From positions 2,112,001 through 2,176,000 of the forward strand of contig CBDFIJ010000004.1 in assembly GCA_965248055.1 (NCBI GenBank): a DNA stretch of 64,000 nt. Reading direction: 5' to 3'. The position numbers were made by a program, and so were the translations under genes. This DNA is from Candidatus Multivoradales bacterium. GTDB lineage: Bacteria; Acidobacteriota; Thermoanaerobaculia; Multivoradales; JAHEKO01. Below the pieces are notes generated by a model. It saw only the letters and a program-made list of their open reading frames with translations. It was not told where the DNA came from and ran no database searches. Below, piece by piece: positions 19,647-28,741 of the stretch (the stretch's first letter is position 1; each line of letters opens with the position of its first letter).

Positions 19647-20084
19647 ATGTCCAAACGCAAAGCTAGAGTAAATCTGATGGTCATCTGTGTCCTTCTGTTT
19701 GTCCCGTGGTTTATCCCTTTCGCTTCGGCGCAGGAGGAGGTCACGGAGGCTGTTGATCAGCAAGTAGCAGAAGTGGAACAGACTGTCGATCTTGGTGGTG
19801 AGGGCGAAGCAGTGGCAGAAGACGAGGCTGCTTCCGAAGCTCCTGAAAAGTATGTCTTTCTCACCACTGACGGTGCTCGCAAGCTCGGCGGCGCGATTGG
19901 CGCCGGCCTAGCAGTGATGGGTGGAGCAGCCGGAATCGGTCGTATTGGTGGAAGCGCTGTTGAATCTATGGCGCGTCAACCCGAGGCCAGTGGCCAAATC
20001 AACGGTGCGATGATTCTAACCGCTGCGTTTATTGAAGGCGTGACTCTGTTCGCCATCGTGGTTGGTCTTTTGGCCGCACTGTAG
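19647..20084 (+). CDS. atpE: F0F1 ATP synthase subunit c with long N-terminal extension
   Basis: GAGLAVMGGAAGIGRIG, loop MARQPEA, carboxylate in AAFIEGV. Confidence 0.95.
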   Translation: MSKRKARVNLMVICVLLFVPWFIPFASAQEEVTEAVDQQVAEVEQTVDLGGEGEAVAEDEAASEAPEKYVFLTTDGARKLGGAIGAGLAVMGGAAGIGRIGGSAVESMARQPEASGQINGAMILTAAFIEGVTLFAIVVGLLAAL

Positions 20085-20112
20085 AAATAACAATACGGTT
20101 TATCGAAGTACT

Positions 20113-20143
20113 CCGGGCGGGCGGCCAAAATCTGTCCGCCCGG
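20113..20143 (+). terminator. Stem-loop after atpE (attenuating or mRNA-stabilising)
   Basis: CCGGGCGGGCGG...CTGTCCGCCCGG stem; no U-tract. Confidence 0.5.
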
Positions 20144-20184
20144 TGAAATCGAGCGAGGTTTGAGAGATTGGGTCGGAGCTAGAT

Positions 20185-20808
20185 ATGAAGTTATGGACCG
20201 ATAGTAAGTACTCCACCAAGGTCACATTGGGGCTTGTTGCCCTGATGGCATCTCCAATGTTGGCGTCACAAGAGACTCACGAAGTGGCGGGCGAGACGGC
20301 CCACCAACCCAACCTGTTCGCCGGTGATATCGGCAACATGATCTGGACCTTGGTGGTGTTTGCTCTGGTGGTTTTTGTCCTGGGCAAATTCGCCTGGAAG
20401 CCGATCCTGAGTGGCCTGCAAGCCCGAGAAGATTTCATCCGCACCTCCTTAGAAGAGGCCAAAGCGGACCGCGATCAGGCGGAAGCCGCACTGCGCGGTG
20501 TCGAAGACAAGCTGCAAGAAGCACGCGCCGAGGCCTCGGCGATCGTCGAAGAAGGGCGTCGGGATGCTGACGGTGTACGCCAGCGCATCGAAGTCGAGAC
20601 CCGCGAAGAAGCAGAGAAAATGGTGGCGCGCGCCAAGCGTGAAATTGATTTAGCGACTCAGAGCGCGGTCAAAGAGCTCTACACCAAAGCCGAGACCTTG
20701 GCGATCGAGGCGGCCTCTGCGGTGGTGCGGCGTGAAATCAACGCCGAGGATCACCAACGTCTGATTCAAGACGCGATCTCCGCGATCGAATCCCGGACCG
20801 ACGCCTAA
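20185..20808 (+). CDS. atpF: F0F1 ATP synthase subunit b
   Basis: IWTLVVFALVVFVLGKFAWKPILSGLQARE followed by a coiled coil. Confidence 0.95.
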   Translation: MKLWTDSKYSTKVTLGLVALMASPMLASQETHEVAGETAHQPNLFAGDIGNMIWTLVVFALVVFVLGKFAWKPILSGLQAREDFIRTSLEEAKADRDQAEAALRGVEDKLQEARAEASAIVEEGRRDADGVRQRIEVETREEAEKMVARAKREIDLATQSAVKELYTKAETLAIEAASAVVRREINAEDHQRLIQDAISAIESRTDA

Positions 20809-20829
20809 GAGACCAACTGGAGTATCTGC

Positions 20830-21444
20830 GTGGCCACCATTGACGATCGCCAACTTGCGCTGGGCCGGGTTTACGCCCGTGCAATGTACGCCGTTGCCGC
20901 TGAGCAGGGCGAAGAGCAGCAGTTGGGGGAAGAACTGAGTGCGCTTGGTCAGGCGATTGCTGGGATCCCTGAATTTGATTTATTTGCCGGCAGTCCACTG
21001 GTAGGTGCGTCGGATCGCGATGCCGCCGTTGAGAAGACCTTCCGTGGTCGAGTTTCTGGTGTCCTGGCCGACTCGCTGGCGGTGATCTCCTCCAAAGGGC
21101 GCTTGGCTTTGATGCCGGCGATCGTTGAGGCCTACCGACAAGAGCTGCGCGAACGTGGTGGGGTGATCGACGCCGAAGTGGTCAGCGCGGTTGAACTGAC
21201 CGACGAATTGCGTAGTGCCTTGCGCCAAGCGATTCGCAAACACACCGGCAAGGACGCCGAAATCACCGAACAGGTCGACCCTGACATTCTCGGTGGCCTG
21301 ATCGTGCGCACCGCCGGACAAAAGATTGATACCAGCGTCGCGGCGCAGCTTGGCAAATTGTCCGAGAGTCTGTCGAGGCGGGCCAGTGAAGAACTGATCC
21401 GGGGGTCATCGTTTACCGAGGAGTCCGCCGAAGCGTCCGAGTGA
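20830..21444 (+). CDS. atpH: F0F1 ATP synthase subunit delta
   Basis: RVYARAMY, AEVVSAVEL, VDPDILGGLIVR...IDTSV. Confidence 0.95.
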   Translation: MATIDDRQLALGRVYARAMYAVAAEQGEEQQLGEELSALGQAIAGIPEFDLFAGSPLVGASDRDAAVEKTFRGRVSGVLADSLAVISSKGRLALMPAIVEAYRQELRERGGVIDAEVVSAVELTDELRSALRQAIRKHTGKDAEITEQVDPDILGGLIVRTAGQKIDTSVAAQLGKLSESLSRRASEELIRGSSFTEESAEASE

Positions 21445-21503
21445 CAGATCGCGGCCCTGAAAATAGAGCTGGAATAGGTACAGAGAGCAAAAAGGTTTAG
21501 CCC

Positions 21504-23234
21504 ATGAAATTTAGAATCGACGAAATCTCCTCCATTCTCAGCGAAGAAATTCGCCAACATCGCAGTGATATCGATCTTGCCGAAGTCGGGAAGGTGATCG
21601 AAGTTGGTGACGGTATCGCCAGAATCTACGGTTTGGAGAATGCCCAAGCTGGCGAAAGGCTGCAGTTTGAAAATGGTGCCTCTGGCCAGGTTTTTAACTT
21701 GGAAGAGAACTCTGTCGGCGCGGTGATCCTGGGCGACTATCTGGAAATCAAAGAAGGCGACGAAGTGCGACGCACCGGCGAGCTACTTTCGGTTCCAGTT
21801 GGAGCAGAGGTCGTGGGCCGGGTGGTAGACCCCTTGGGACGGCCACTCGATGGCTTGGGAACGGTAGAGACCAGCCAACGACGTCCGCTCGAGTTCAAAG
21901 CACCGGGCATTTCCGCCCGTCAGCCCGTCACCGAGCCGATGCAGACCGGCATCAAGGCGGTTGATTCGATGATTCCAGTCGGTCGCGGTCAACGTGAGCT
22001 AATCATTGGCGACCGTAAGACCGGCAAAACGGCAATTGCCATCGACGCCATCCTCAACCAGAAAGATAGCGGTGTGATCTGTGTTTATGTCGCCGTCGGC
22101 CAGAAGGAGTCGACGGTTGCAGCATTGGTCGAGAAGCTGCGCGAGCACGGCGCGATGGATTACACCGTTGTGGTCTCGGCGTCTGCCTCCAACCCGGCAC
22201 CGTTGCAATACATCGCTCCCTACGCCGGAGCCGCGATCGCCGAGCACTTCATGTATGGCCAAGGCCGCGCGACCCTGGTGATTTACGACGATCTCACCAA
22301 ACAGGCGCAGGCCTATCGTCAGTTGTCCTTACTGTTGCGCCGTCCGCCGGGTCGTGAGGCCTATCCGGGTGACGTTTTCTACCTACACTCCCGCTTGCTG
22401 GAGCGTGCGGTCAAGCTGCGCGATGAATATGGCGTGGTCCCCAAGGACACCGCCGAGGACTCGACCGATCGTTCCATCGTTTTGCGCCACCCTGAAGGCT
22501 TGGCCGCCGAATCCGCGCATCGACCCGACGACACCGAGGGGCTCTACCATCGCCCGGAGGGCTTGCACAAAGCCACCGCTTGGTTGGAGAGCCTTGAGAA
22601 CAAAGGCGACTATCGTGTCCACCGGTTCCCTAACAGTGGCGGCTCGATGACCGCGCTGCCGATTATTGAGACCTTGGAAGGCGAAGTCTCGGCATACATT
22701 CCGACCAACGTAATTTCAATTACCGACGGTCAGATCTACCTGGAGCCGGACCTGTTCTTTGCCGGAGTGCGCCCCGCGGTTAACGTGGGTATCAGCGTGT
22801 CCCGCGTCGGCGGTAACGCACAGATCAAGGCGATGAAGAAAATCGCCGGTTCGTTGCGTTTGGACCTGGCGTCCTTTCGTGAGCTTGAGGCCTTTGCTCA
22901 ATTGGGCACCGATCTCGACGCCACCTCACAACGCCAATTAGACCGCGGCCAACGGATGGTCGAGTTGCTCAAGCAGCCGCAGTACCGACCGTACTCGGTG
23001 CAAGAGCAAGTGGCCTCGATTTTCGCCGCTTCCAAGGGCTATCTCGATGACCTGCCCACCGATCAAGTGACTGAGTTTGAGGAAGGCTTCCTCGGTCATC
23101 TGCGCGATGAGTTCCCCGAGATCATGGATGAGATCCGCGATCAGAAATCGATTTCCGATGAACTGAGCGACAAGCTAGGCTCGGTGATTGTCGCTTTCAA
23201 GATCGGTTTCACCGCTGCTAAGGAAGCCGCCTGA
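21504..23234 (+). CDS. atpA: F0F1 ATP synthase subunit alpha (with internal insertion)
   Basis: [53 protein letters not shown]. Confidence 0.98.
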   Translation: MKFRIDEISSILSEEIRQHRSDIDLAEVGKVIEVGDGIARIYGLENAQAGERLQFENGASGQVFNLEENSVGAVILGDYLEIKEGDEVRRTGELLSVPVGAEVVGRVVDPLGRPLDGLGTVETSQRRPLEFKAPGISARQPVTEPMQTGIKAVDSMIPVGRGQRELIIGDRKTGKTAIAIDAILNQKDSGVICVYVAVGQKESTVAALVEKLREHGAMDYTVVVSASASNPAPLQYIAPYAGAAIAEHFMYGQGRATLVIYDDLTKQAQAYRQLSLLLRRPPGREAYPGDVFYLHSRLLERAVKLRDEYGVVPKDTAEDSTDRSIVLRHPEGLAAESAHRPDDTEGLYHRPEGLHKATAWLESLENKGDYRVHRFPNSGGSMTALPIIETLEGEVSAYIPTNVISITDGQIYLEPDLFFAGVRPAVNVGISVSRVGGNAQIKAMKKIAGSLRLDLASFRELEAFAQLGTDLDATSQRQLDRGQRMVELLKQPQYRPYSVQEQVASIFAASKGYLDDLPTDQVTEFEEGFLGHLRDEFPEIMDEIRDQKSISDELSDKLGSVIVAFKIGFTAAKEAA

Positions 23235-23280
23235 TGTTTCGACCTGCAGAGCTGTCTTTTGCTCGTCGCCAGAGCGGAGG

Positions 23281-23400
23281 GTTCTCTCACACTCGTCATC
23301 CCGGTGGAGGGTTGTCTCACACTTGTCATCCCGGTGAAGGGTTGTCTCACACTTGTCATCCCGGTGAAGGGTTGTCTCACACTCGTCATCCCGGCGGGGG
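23281..23400 (+). repeat. 4 x 30-bp tandem repeat built from the left end of a type B REP
   Basis: Unit GTTGTCTCACACT(T/C)GTCATCCCGGTGAAGG. Confidence 0.92.
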
Positions 23401-23490
23401 TTTTGGGAGGGGAGCCGGGATCTATCCGGTCTATCTCCGAAACAGTGAGACAGATCCCCGCCCCGCTTCACCCCCACCCGCGGGGATGAC
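23385..23490. repeat. Type B REP doublet (GTCATCCCGGCGGGGG...GAGCCGGGATCT...AGATCCCCG...CCCGCGGGGATGAC)
   Basis: Inverted pair; related copies at 41640, 41947 and 46389. Confidence 0.85.
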
Positions 23491-23760
23491 GATGGGGAGT
23501 ATCCCGCCCGCGGGGATGACGATGGGGAGTATCCCGCCCGCGGGGATGACGATGGGGAGTATCCCGCCCGCGGGGATGACGATGGGGAGTATCCCGCCCG
23601 CGGGGATGACGATGGGGAGTATCCCGCCCGCGGGGATGACGATGGGGAGTATCCCGCCCGCGGGGATGACGATGGGGAGTATCCCGCCCGCGGGGATGAC
23701 GATGGGGAGTATCTCGCCCGCGGGGATGACGATGGGGAGTATCTCGCCCGCGGGGATGAC
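23491..23760 (+). repeat. 9 x 30-bp tandem repeat built from the right end of a type B REP
   Basis: GATGGGGAGTATCCCGCCCGCGGGGATGAC x7 identical, then x2 with one C>T change. Confidence 0.97.
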
Positions 23761-23798
23761 GATCGACATTTGCTGTCTAAAGCCGAGAGTTTCAGACT

Positions 23799-24662
23799 AT
23801 GGCTAATCGTCGCGAAATCGTTCAGCGCCGCAAGGCGGTACGCAATATCCGCAAGATCACGCGGACCATGCAGTTGGTAGCCACCGCTCGCTATCAAACC
23901 GCATACACCCGCGCGGTGGCGACCAAGCCCTACGCGGAGAAGCTAGCCGAGATGGCCGCCAACTTGTCGCGCGCGGCGGGCACCATCGATCACCCGCTGA
24001 TGCGTCAACCGGAAGATCCTGGGCGGGGCGTGGTGATCGTCATCTCCAGCTCGCGTGGACTGGCCGGCAGCTACAACACCAACTTGCTGCGCCGGGCTGG
24101 CGACCATCTGGATGAACTCTCTGCCTCTGGTCGCGAGATTGAGACCCAGATGATGCGCAAGAAAGGCGCGGCCTACTTTCGTTTTAACGATCGGCCGATG
24201 CAAGAGATCAACACCGAGATGCCCGACATGCCCGGGTTTGCCGACGTCGAACCGATGGTCAATGAATTGATCGCGCGCTTCACCAGCGGCGAGCTCGACT
24301 CCGTTGACGTGGTTTACACCAACTTCATTTCCGCCAGCAAGCAGCAACCCGAAGTCTTGTCGCTGCTGCCGCTGAGTGCCGAAGGCGGAGAGGATCAAGC
24401 CGCTGTCGAGTATGAATTCTCGCCCGAGCCGCAGGAGCTTTTGGCTGAATTGCTACCGGCAACCGTGCGGCTGAACCTCTACCAGGCATTCACCGACGCC
24501 GCCATTTCCGAGCAATTGGCGCGCATGGTGGCAATGAAAGCTGCGACCACCGCCGCCGAAGACAAGATCAAACTGCTCACCCGGGAATACAACCGGGCAC
24601 GCCAGACCGCGATTACCACTGAACTTTTGGACATTGTCGGGGGCGCTAACGCGCTCGCGTAA
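23799..24662 (+). CDS. atpG: F0F1 ATP synthase subunit gamma
   Basis: NIRKITRTMQLVA, SSRGLAGSYN, SEQLARMVAMKAAT, YNRARQTAITTEL. Confidence 0.97.
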   Translation: MANRREIVQRRKAVRNIRKITRTMQLVATARYQTAYTRAVATKPYAEKLAEMAANLSRAAGTIDHPLMRQPEDPGRGVVIVISSSRGLAGSYNTNLLRRAGDHLDELSASGREIETQMMRKKGAAYFRFNDRPMQEINTEMPDMPGFADVEPMVNELIARFTSGELDSVDVVYTNFISASKQQPEVLSLLPLSAEGGEDQAAVEYEFSPEPQELLAELLPATVRLNLYQAFTDAAISEQLARMVAMKAATTAAEDKIKLLTREYNRARQTAITTELLDIVGGANALA

Positions 24663-26102
<1,440 letters not shown>

Positions 26103-26104
26103 CC

Positions 26105-26221
26105 GCCATCCTGAGCGAGGGCTCAGCCCGAGCCGAAGAATCTCAAAAGGTACCAACACCTCAACGACCGCAACCCAACTATGGCAAACGAAACCTTCAC
26201 CTGCTTCATCATCACCCCCGA
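26105..26221 (+). pseudogene. Type A REP plus truncated atpC 5' fragment (MANETFTCFIITP, ATG 26181)
   Basis: ATGGCAAACGAAACCTTCACCTGCTTCATCATCACCCCCGA nearly matches the start of atpC at 26399, then diverges abruptly. Confidence 0.85.
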
Positions 26222-26327
26222 CTCGAATGTACGCCTGCGGCGCTCGTCGCTGTGGGTGTGCCGATCTAGCAGACGCTTTGCGATTTCGCTGACGGCTAGG
26301 TTGAGTTTTGCTGGATGTACCCACGCT

Positions 26328-26369
26328 GTCATCCTGAGCGAGGGCGCTTAGCCCGAGTCGAAGGATCTC
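26328..26369 (+). repeat. Type A REP
   Basis: GTCATCCTGAGCGAGGGCGCTTAGCCCGAGTCGAAGGATCTC. Confidence 0.9.
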
Positions 26370-26398
26370 AAAAGCAGCGAATTATCCCCAAACCAACC

Positions 26399-26809
26399 AT
26401 GACAAACGAAACCTTCACCTGCTCCATTATCACCCCCGAAGCCGCCGTCTACTCCGGCGATGTCACCTTCGTTGTCGTCCCCGCCCACGATGGTGAAGTG
26501 GGTTTCATGAAACACCGCGCCCCCTTCCTGGTGCGCCTCGGCATTGGCTCCCTTCGTCTTGAAGGGCCAGGCTTAGAAGGCTCTGACGGCAACCAGCAGT
26601 TTTTCGTCGATGGTGGCTTCGCCGAGATGGTCGACAACCAACTCACCGTTCTCACCGAGCAAGCCATCGCCTCCACTGACCTCGACAGCGCAACGATTCA
26701 GGCCGAACTCACCACCGCCCAAGACCTCCCCGCCCATACCCCCGCTGAAGTCACCCAACGCGACCGTGAGCTGGAACGCGCCAAAGCGAAAGTCAAACTG
26801 GCTGGTTAG
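26399..26809 (+). CDS. atpC: F0F1 ATP synthase subunit epsilon (intact copy)
   Basis: SIITPEAAVY, VPAHDGEVGFMKHRAPF, FFVDGGFAEMVDNQLTVLTE. Confidence 0.93.
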   Translation: MTNETFTCSIITPEAAVYSGDVTFVVVPAHDGEVGFMKHRAPFLVRLGIGSLRLEGPGLEGSDGNQQFFVDGGFAEMVDNQLTVLTEQAIASTDLDSATIQAELTTAQDLPAHTPAEVTQRDRELERAKAKVKLAG

Positions 26810-26826
26810 ACCCCGCCGTACCATCG

Positions 26827-28077
26827 CTAGGGTCCCAACGCCCCAACAGGGATCACCGCGACCCCGTCTTCACGCAGGTAGCCGTAGCCGGCACCGACAA
26901 TCACGGCCAGCACCTTGGGTGTCCCGATCTTGGTGGTGTCTACTCGATCGGCGAACCTGAGGAGGCTCGCAGCCCCTTCCTCTACAAGCCCGGGACCCAG
27001 CTTGACCTCAAAGGCCGCCCAACGACCATCTGCGGTTTCCACGATTGCATCTACTTCGAGGCCGGTGTTGTCCCGATAATGGAGAACCGTCGCGTCTGCA
27101 GCCTGAGCATGGATGCGCAGGTCCCGAATAACCAATGATTCGAACAGAAATTCGAGCAGATTCAGATCTTTCAACAGCCGATCAGGCGTGGCTCGCAATG
27201 CCGCCACAGCCAGCGAAGGGTCGACGAAATGGCGCTTGGGGGTGCGCCGCAGAGTCGACTTTGAACGCAAGTGTGGCGCCCAAGCCGGCTGGTCCTCCAC
27301 AATCATCAGGCGTTCAAGGGCGGTGAGGTAGTCCTTTGCCGTTTCGTCATCGAGGGCACCGTCGGCGCCCCCGGCGTTCGCTGCAAGCGTGGTGATAGCG
27401 GCTTGGGTTGCCACGTTTCGTGCTAGCGACCGTAGAAGCCTGCCGACCTTCTCAGGATCCCGGTGCTTGCCCTCGACCCGGCCGACATCGACCCGACGGA
27501 TCTCCTCAAGGTAGTCCCGCGCAGCTCGTAAGGCCTGATCTACCGGGAGATCGAGATGGCTAGGCCAGCCTCCGACCGCAATGCGTCTCGTAAGGTCGGT
27601 CACAGTCAGTCCTGGATCTGGACTTCGCGGAACTTCGCCGGTGAGCAAACCTTGGAGTGATACTGACCCGGTACTGTGCCCTGTCTCGTAAAGGCTCATT
27701 GGGCGCATGCGTAGGCGCGTCAGCCGCGCTGCTCCCGTGTGCCTTGTGATGTCGTCGGCAGGAACTGCAGATCCAGTCAAAATGAACTGCCCCGGCTCTC
27801 TGCGGTCGTCCACAGCTCGCCGGATGTGGTTCCAGATCGTCGGCTCAAGCTGCCATTCGTCGATCAGGCGTGGCGTCGCGCCGCCCAATACCAGAGTGGG
27901 CTCCACTGCGATCGCTTGGCGAGCATTTGCGTCCACATCGAGAAGCACCTCACTGGCGGCGACTTGTCGGGCGGTAGTCGTCTTGCCACACGCCTTGGGC
28001 CCTTCAATGACCACGGCACCCGTCGAGGACAATCGGTCGGTTAGTTCAGAGTCAACAACGCGTTGGTGGTACTTCAT
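26827..28077 (-). CDS. AAA+ ATPase with DUF4143 / C-terminal PD-(D/E)xK-like domain
   Basis: Walker A GPKACGKTT, Walker B LIDEWQ, FILTGSA, HTGAARL, PKRHFVDPSL, EVDAIVE...AFEVK. Confidence 0.92.
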   Translation of the reverse strand: MKYHQRVVDSELTDRLSSTGAVVIEGPKACGKTTTARQVAASEVLLDVDANARQAIAVEPTLVLGGATPRLIDEWQLEPTIWNHIRRAVDDRREPGQFILTGSAVPADDITRHTGAARLTRLRMRPMSLYETGHSTGSVSLQGLLTGEVPRSPDPGLTVTDLTRRIAVGGWPSHLDLPVDQALRAARDYLEEIRRVDVGRVEGKHRDPEKVGRLLRSLARNVATQAAITTLAANAGGADGALDDETAKDYLTALERLMIVEDQPAWAPHLRSKSTLRRTPKRHFVDPSLAVAALRATPDRLLKDLNLLEFLFESLVIRDLRIHAQAADATVLHYRDNTGLEVDAIVETADGRWAAFEVKLGPGLVEEGAASLLRFADRVDTTKIGTPKVLAVIVGAGYGYLREDGVAVIPVGALGP

Positions 28078-28109
28078 TGAGAATTAGGAGCTGGCGACGG
28101 GTAATGTAC

Positions 28110-28169
28110 CCGGAAGATTGTAACGCACACAGCCGGAAGATTGTAATCCAGAGAACCGGAAGATTGAAA
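28110..28169. promoter_or_regulatory. Three direct repeats CCGGAAGATTG(T/A)AA at 23-bp spacing upstream of the AAA+ gene
   Basis: Copies start at 28110, 28133 and 28156. Confidence 0.7.
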
Positions 28170-28242
28170 TCTTCCTGGTGCGGTCAATCCCCAAGCGACG
28201 GCACCCCTAATAGCAATAAGCGCTCCCACGGTCTCTTTCCTT

Positions 28243-28727
28243 GTCGTCCTGAGCGAGGGCGCTTAGCCCGAGTCGAAGAATCTCAAAAGTAGCGAATCAC
28301 CCCCAAACCAACCATGCAAACAAAACCTTCACCTGCTCCATCATCACCCTCGAGGCCGCGGTCTACTCCGGCGACGTCACATTTGTCGTCGTCCCAGCCC
28401 ACGACGGTGAAGTCGGTTTCATGAAACACTGCGCTCCCTCTCCTGGTGCGCCTCGGAATTGGCTCACTTCGTCTTGAAGGGCCAGGCCTAGAAAGCCCCG
28501 ATGGCAACCAGCAGTTTTTCGTAGATGGCGGCTTCGCCGAAATGGTCGATAACCAGCTAACCGTGTTCACCGAACAAGCCATCGCCTCCACTGACCTCGA
28601 CAGAGCCACCATCCAAGCCGAACTCACTGCTGCACAAAACCTTCCCGCCCACACCCCAGCCGAGGTCGCCCAACGCGACCGCGAGCTGGAGCGAGCCAAG
28701 GCGAAGGTCAAGTTAGTAACAGTTTAG
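28243..28727 (+). pseudogene. Type A REP plus second, frameshifted atpC copy (ATG 28314)
   Basis: Diverged direct copy of 26328-26809; 1-bp loss just after the ATG and 1-bp gain near 28440 give a premature stop. Confidence 0.9.
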
Positions 28728-28741
28728 AGATCGCGGCGAGG

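Noticed and set aside
19647-20084. Na+-translocating or N-type ATPase
   Set aside because: The c subunit has IEGV and no polar Gln/Glu in helix 1 (no Na+ signature), and gene order is the standard B-E-F-H-A-G-D-C
22419-22637. Intein in AtpA
   Set aside because: Too short, and lacks the N-terminal Cys/Ser and the C-terminal His-Asn followed by Cys/Ser/Thr
23491-23760. CRISPR array (30-bp period; CCCGC..GCGGGGATGAC resembles type I-E repeat ends)
   Set aside because: Units are head-to-tail with no unique spacers, no cas genes are in the window, and the motif is the end of a REP family found elsewhere
23141-23897. Repeat-protein ORFs such as (SSSPRAGYSP)n, (PPAGMTMGSI)n and (VIPAGGILPI)n
   Set aside because: They are translations of a 30-bp DNA repeat that is open in several frames; no RBS or protein-like features
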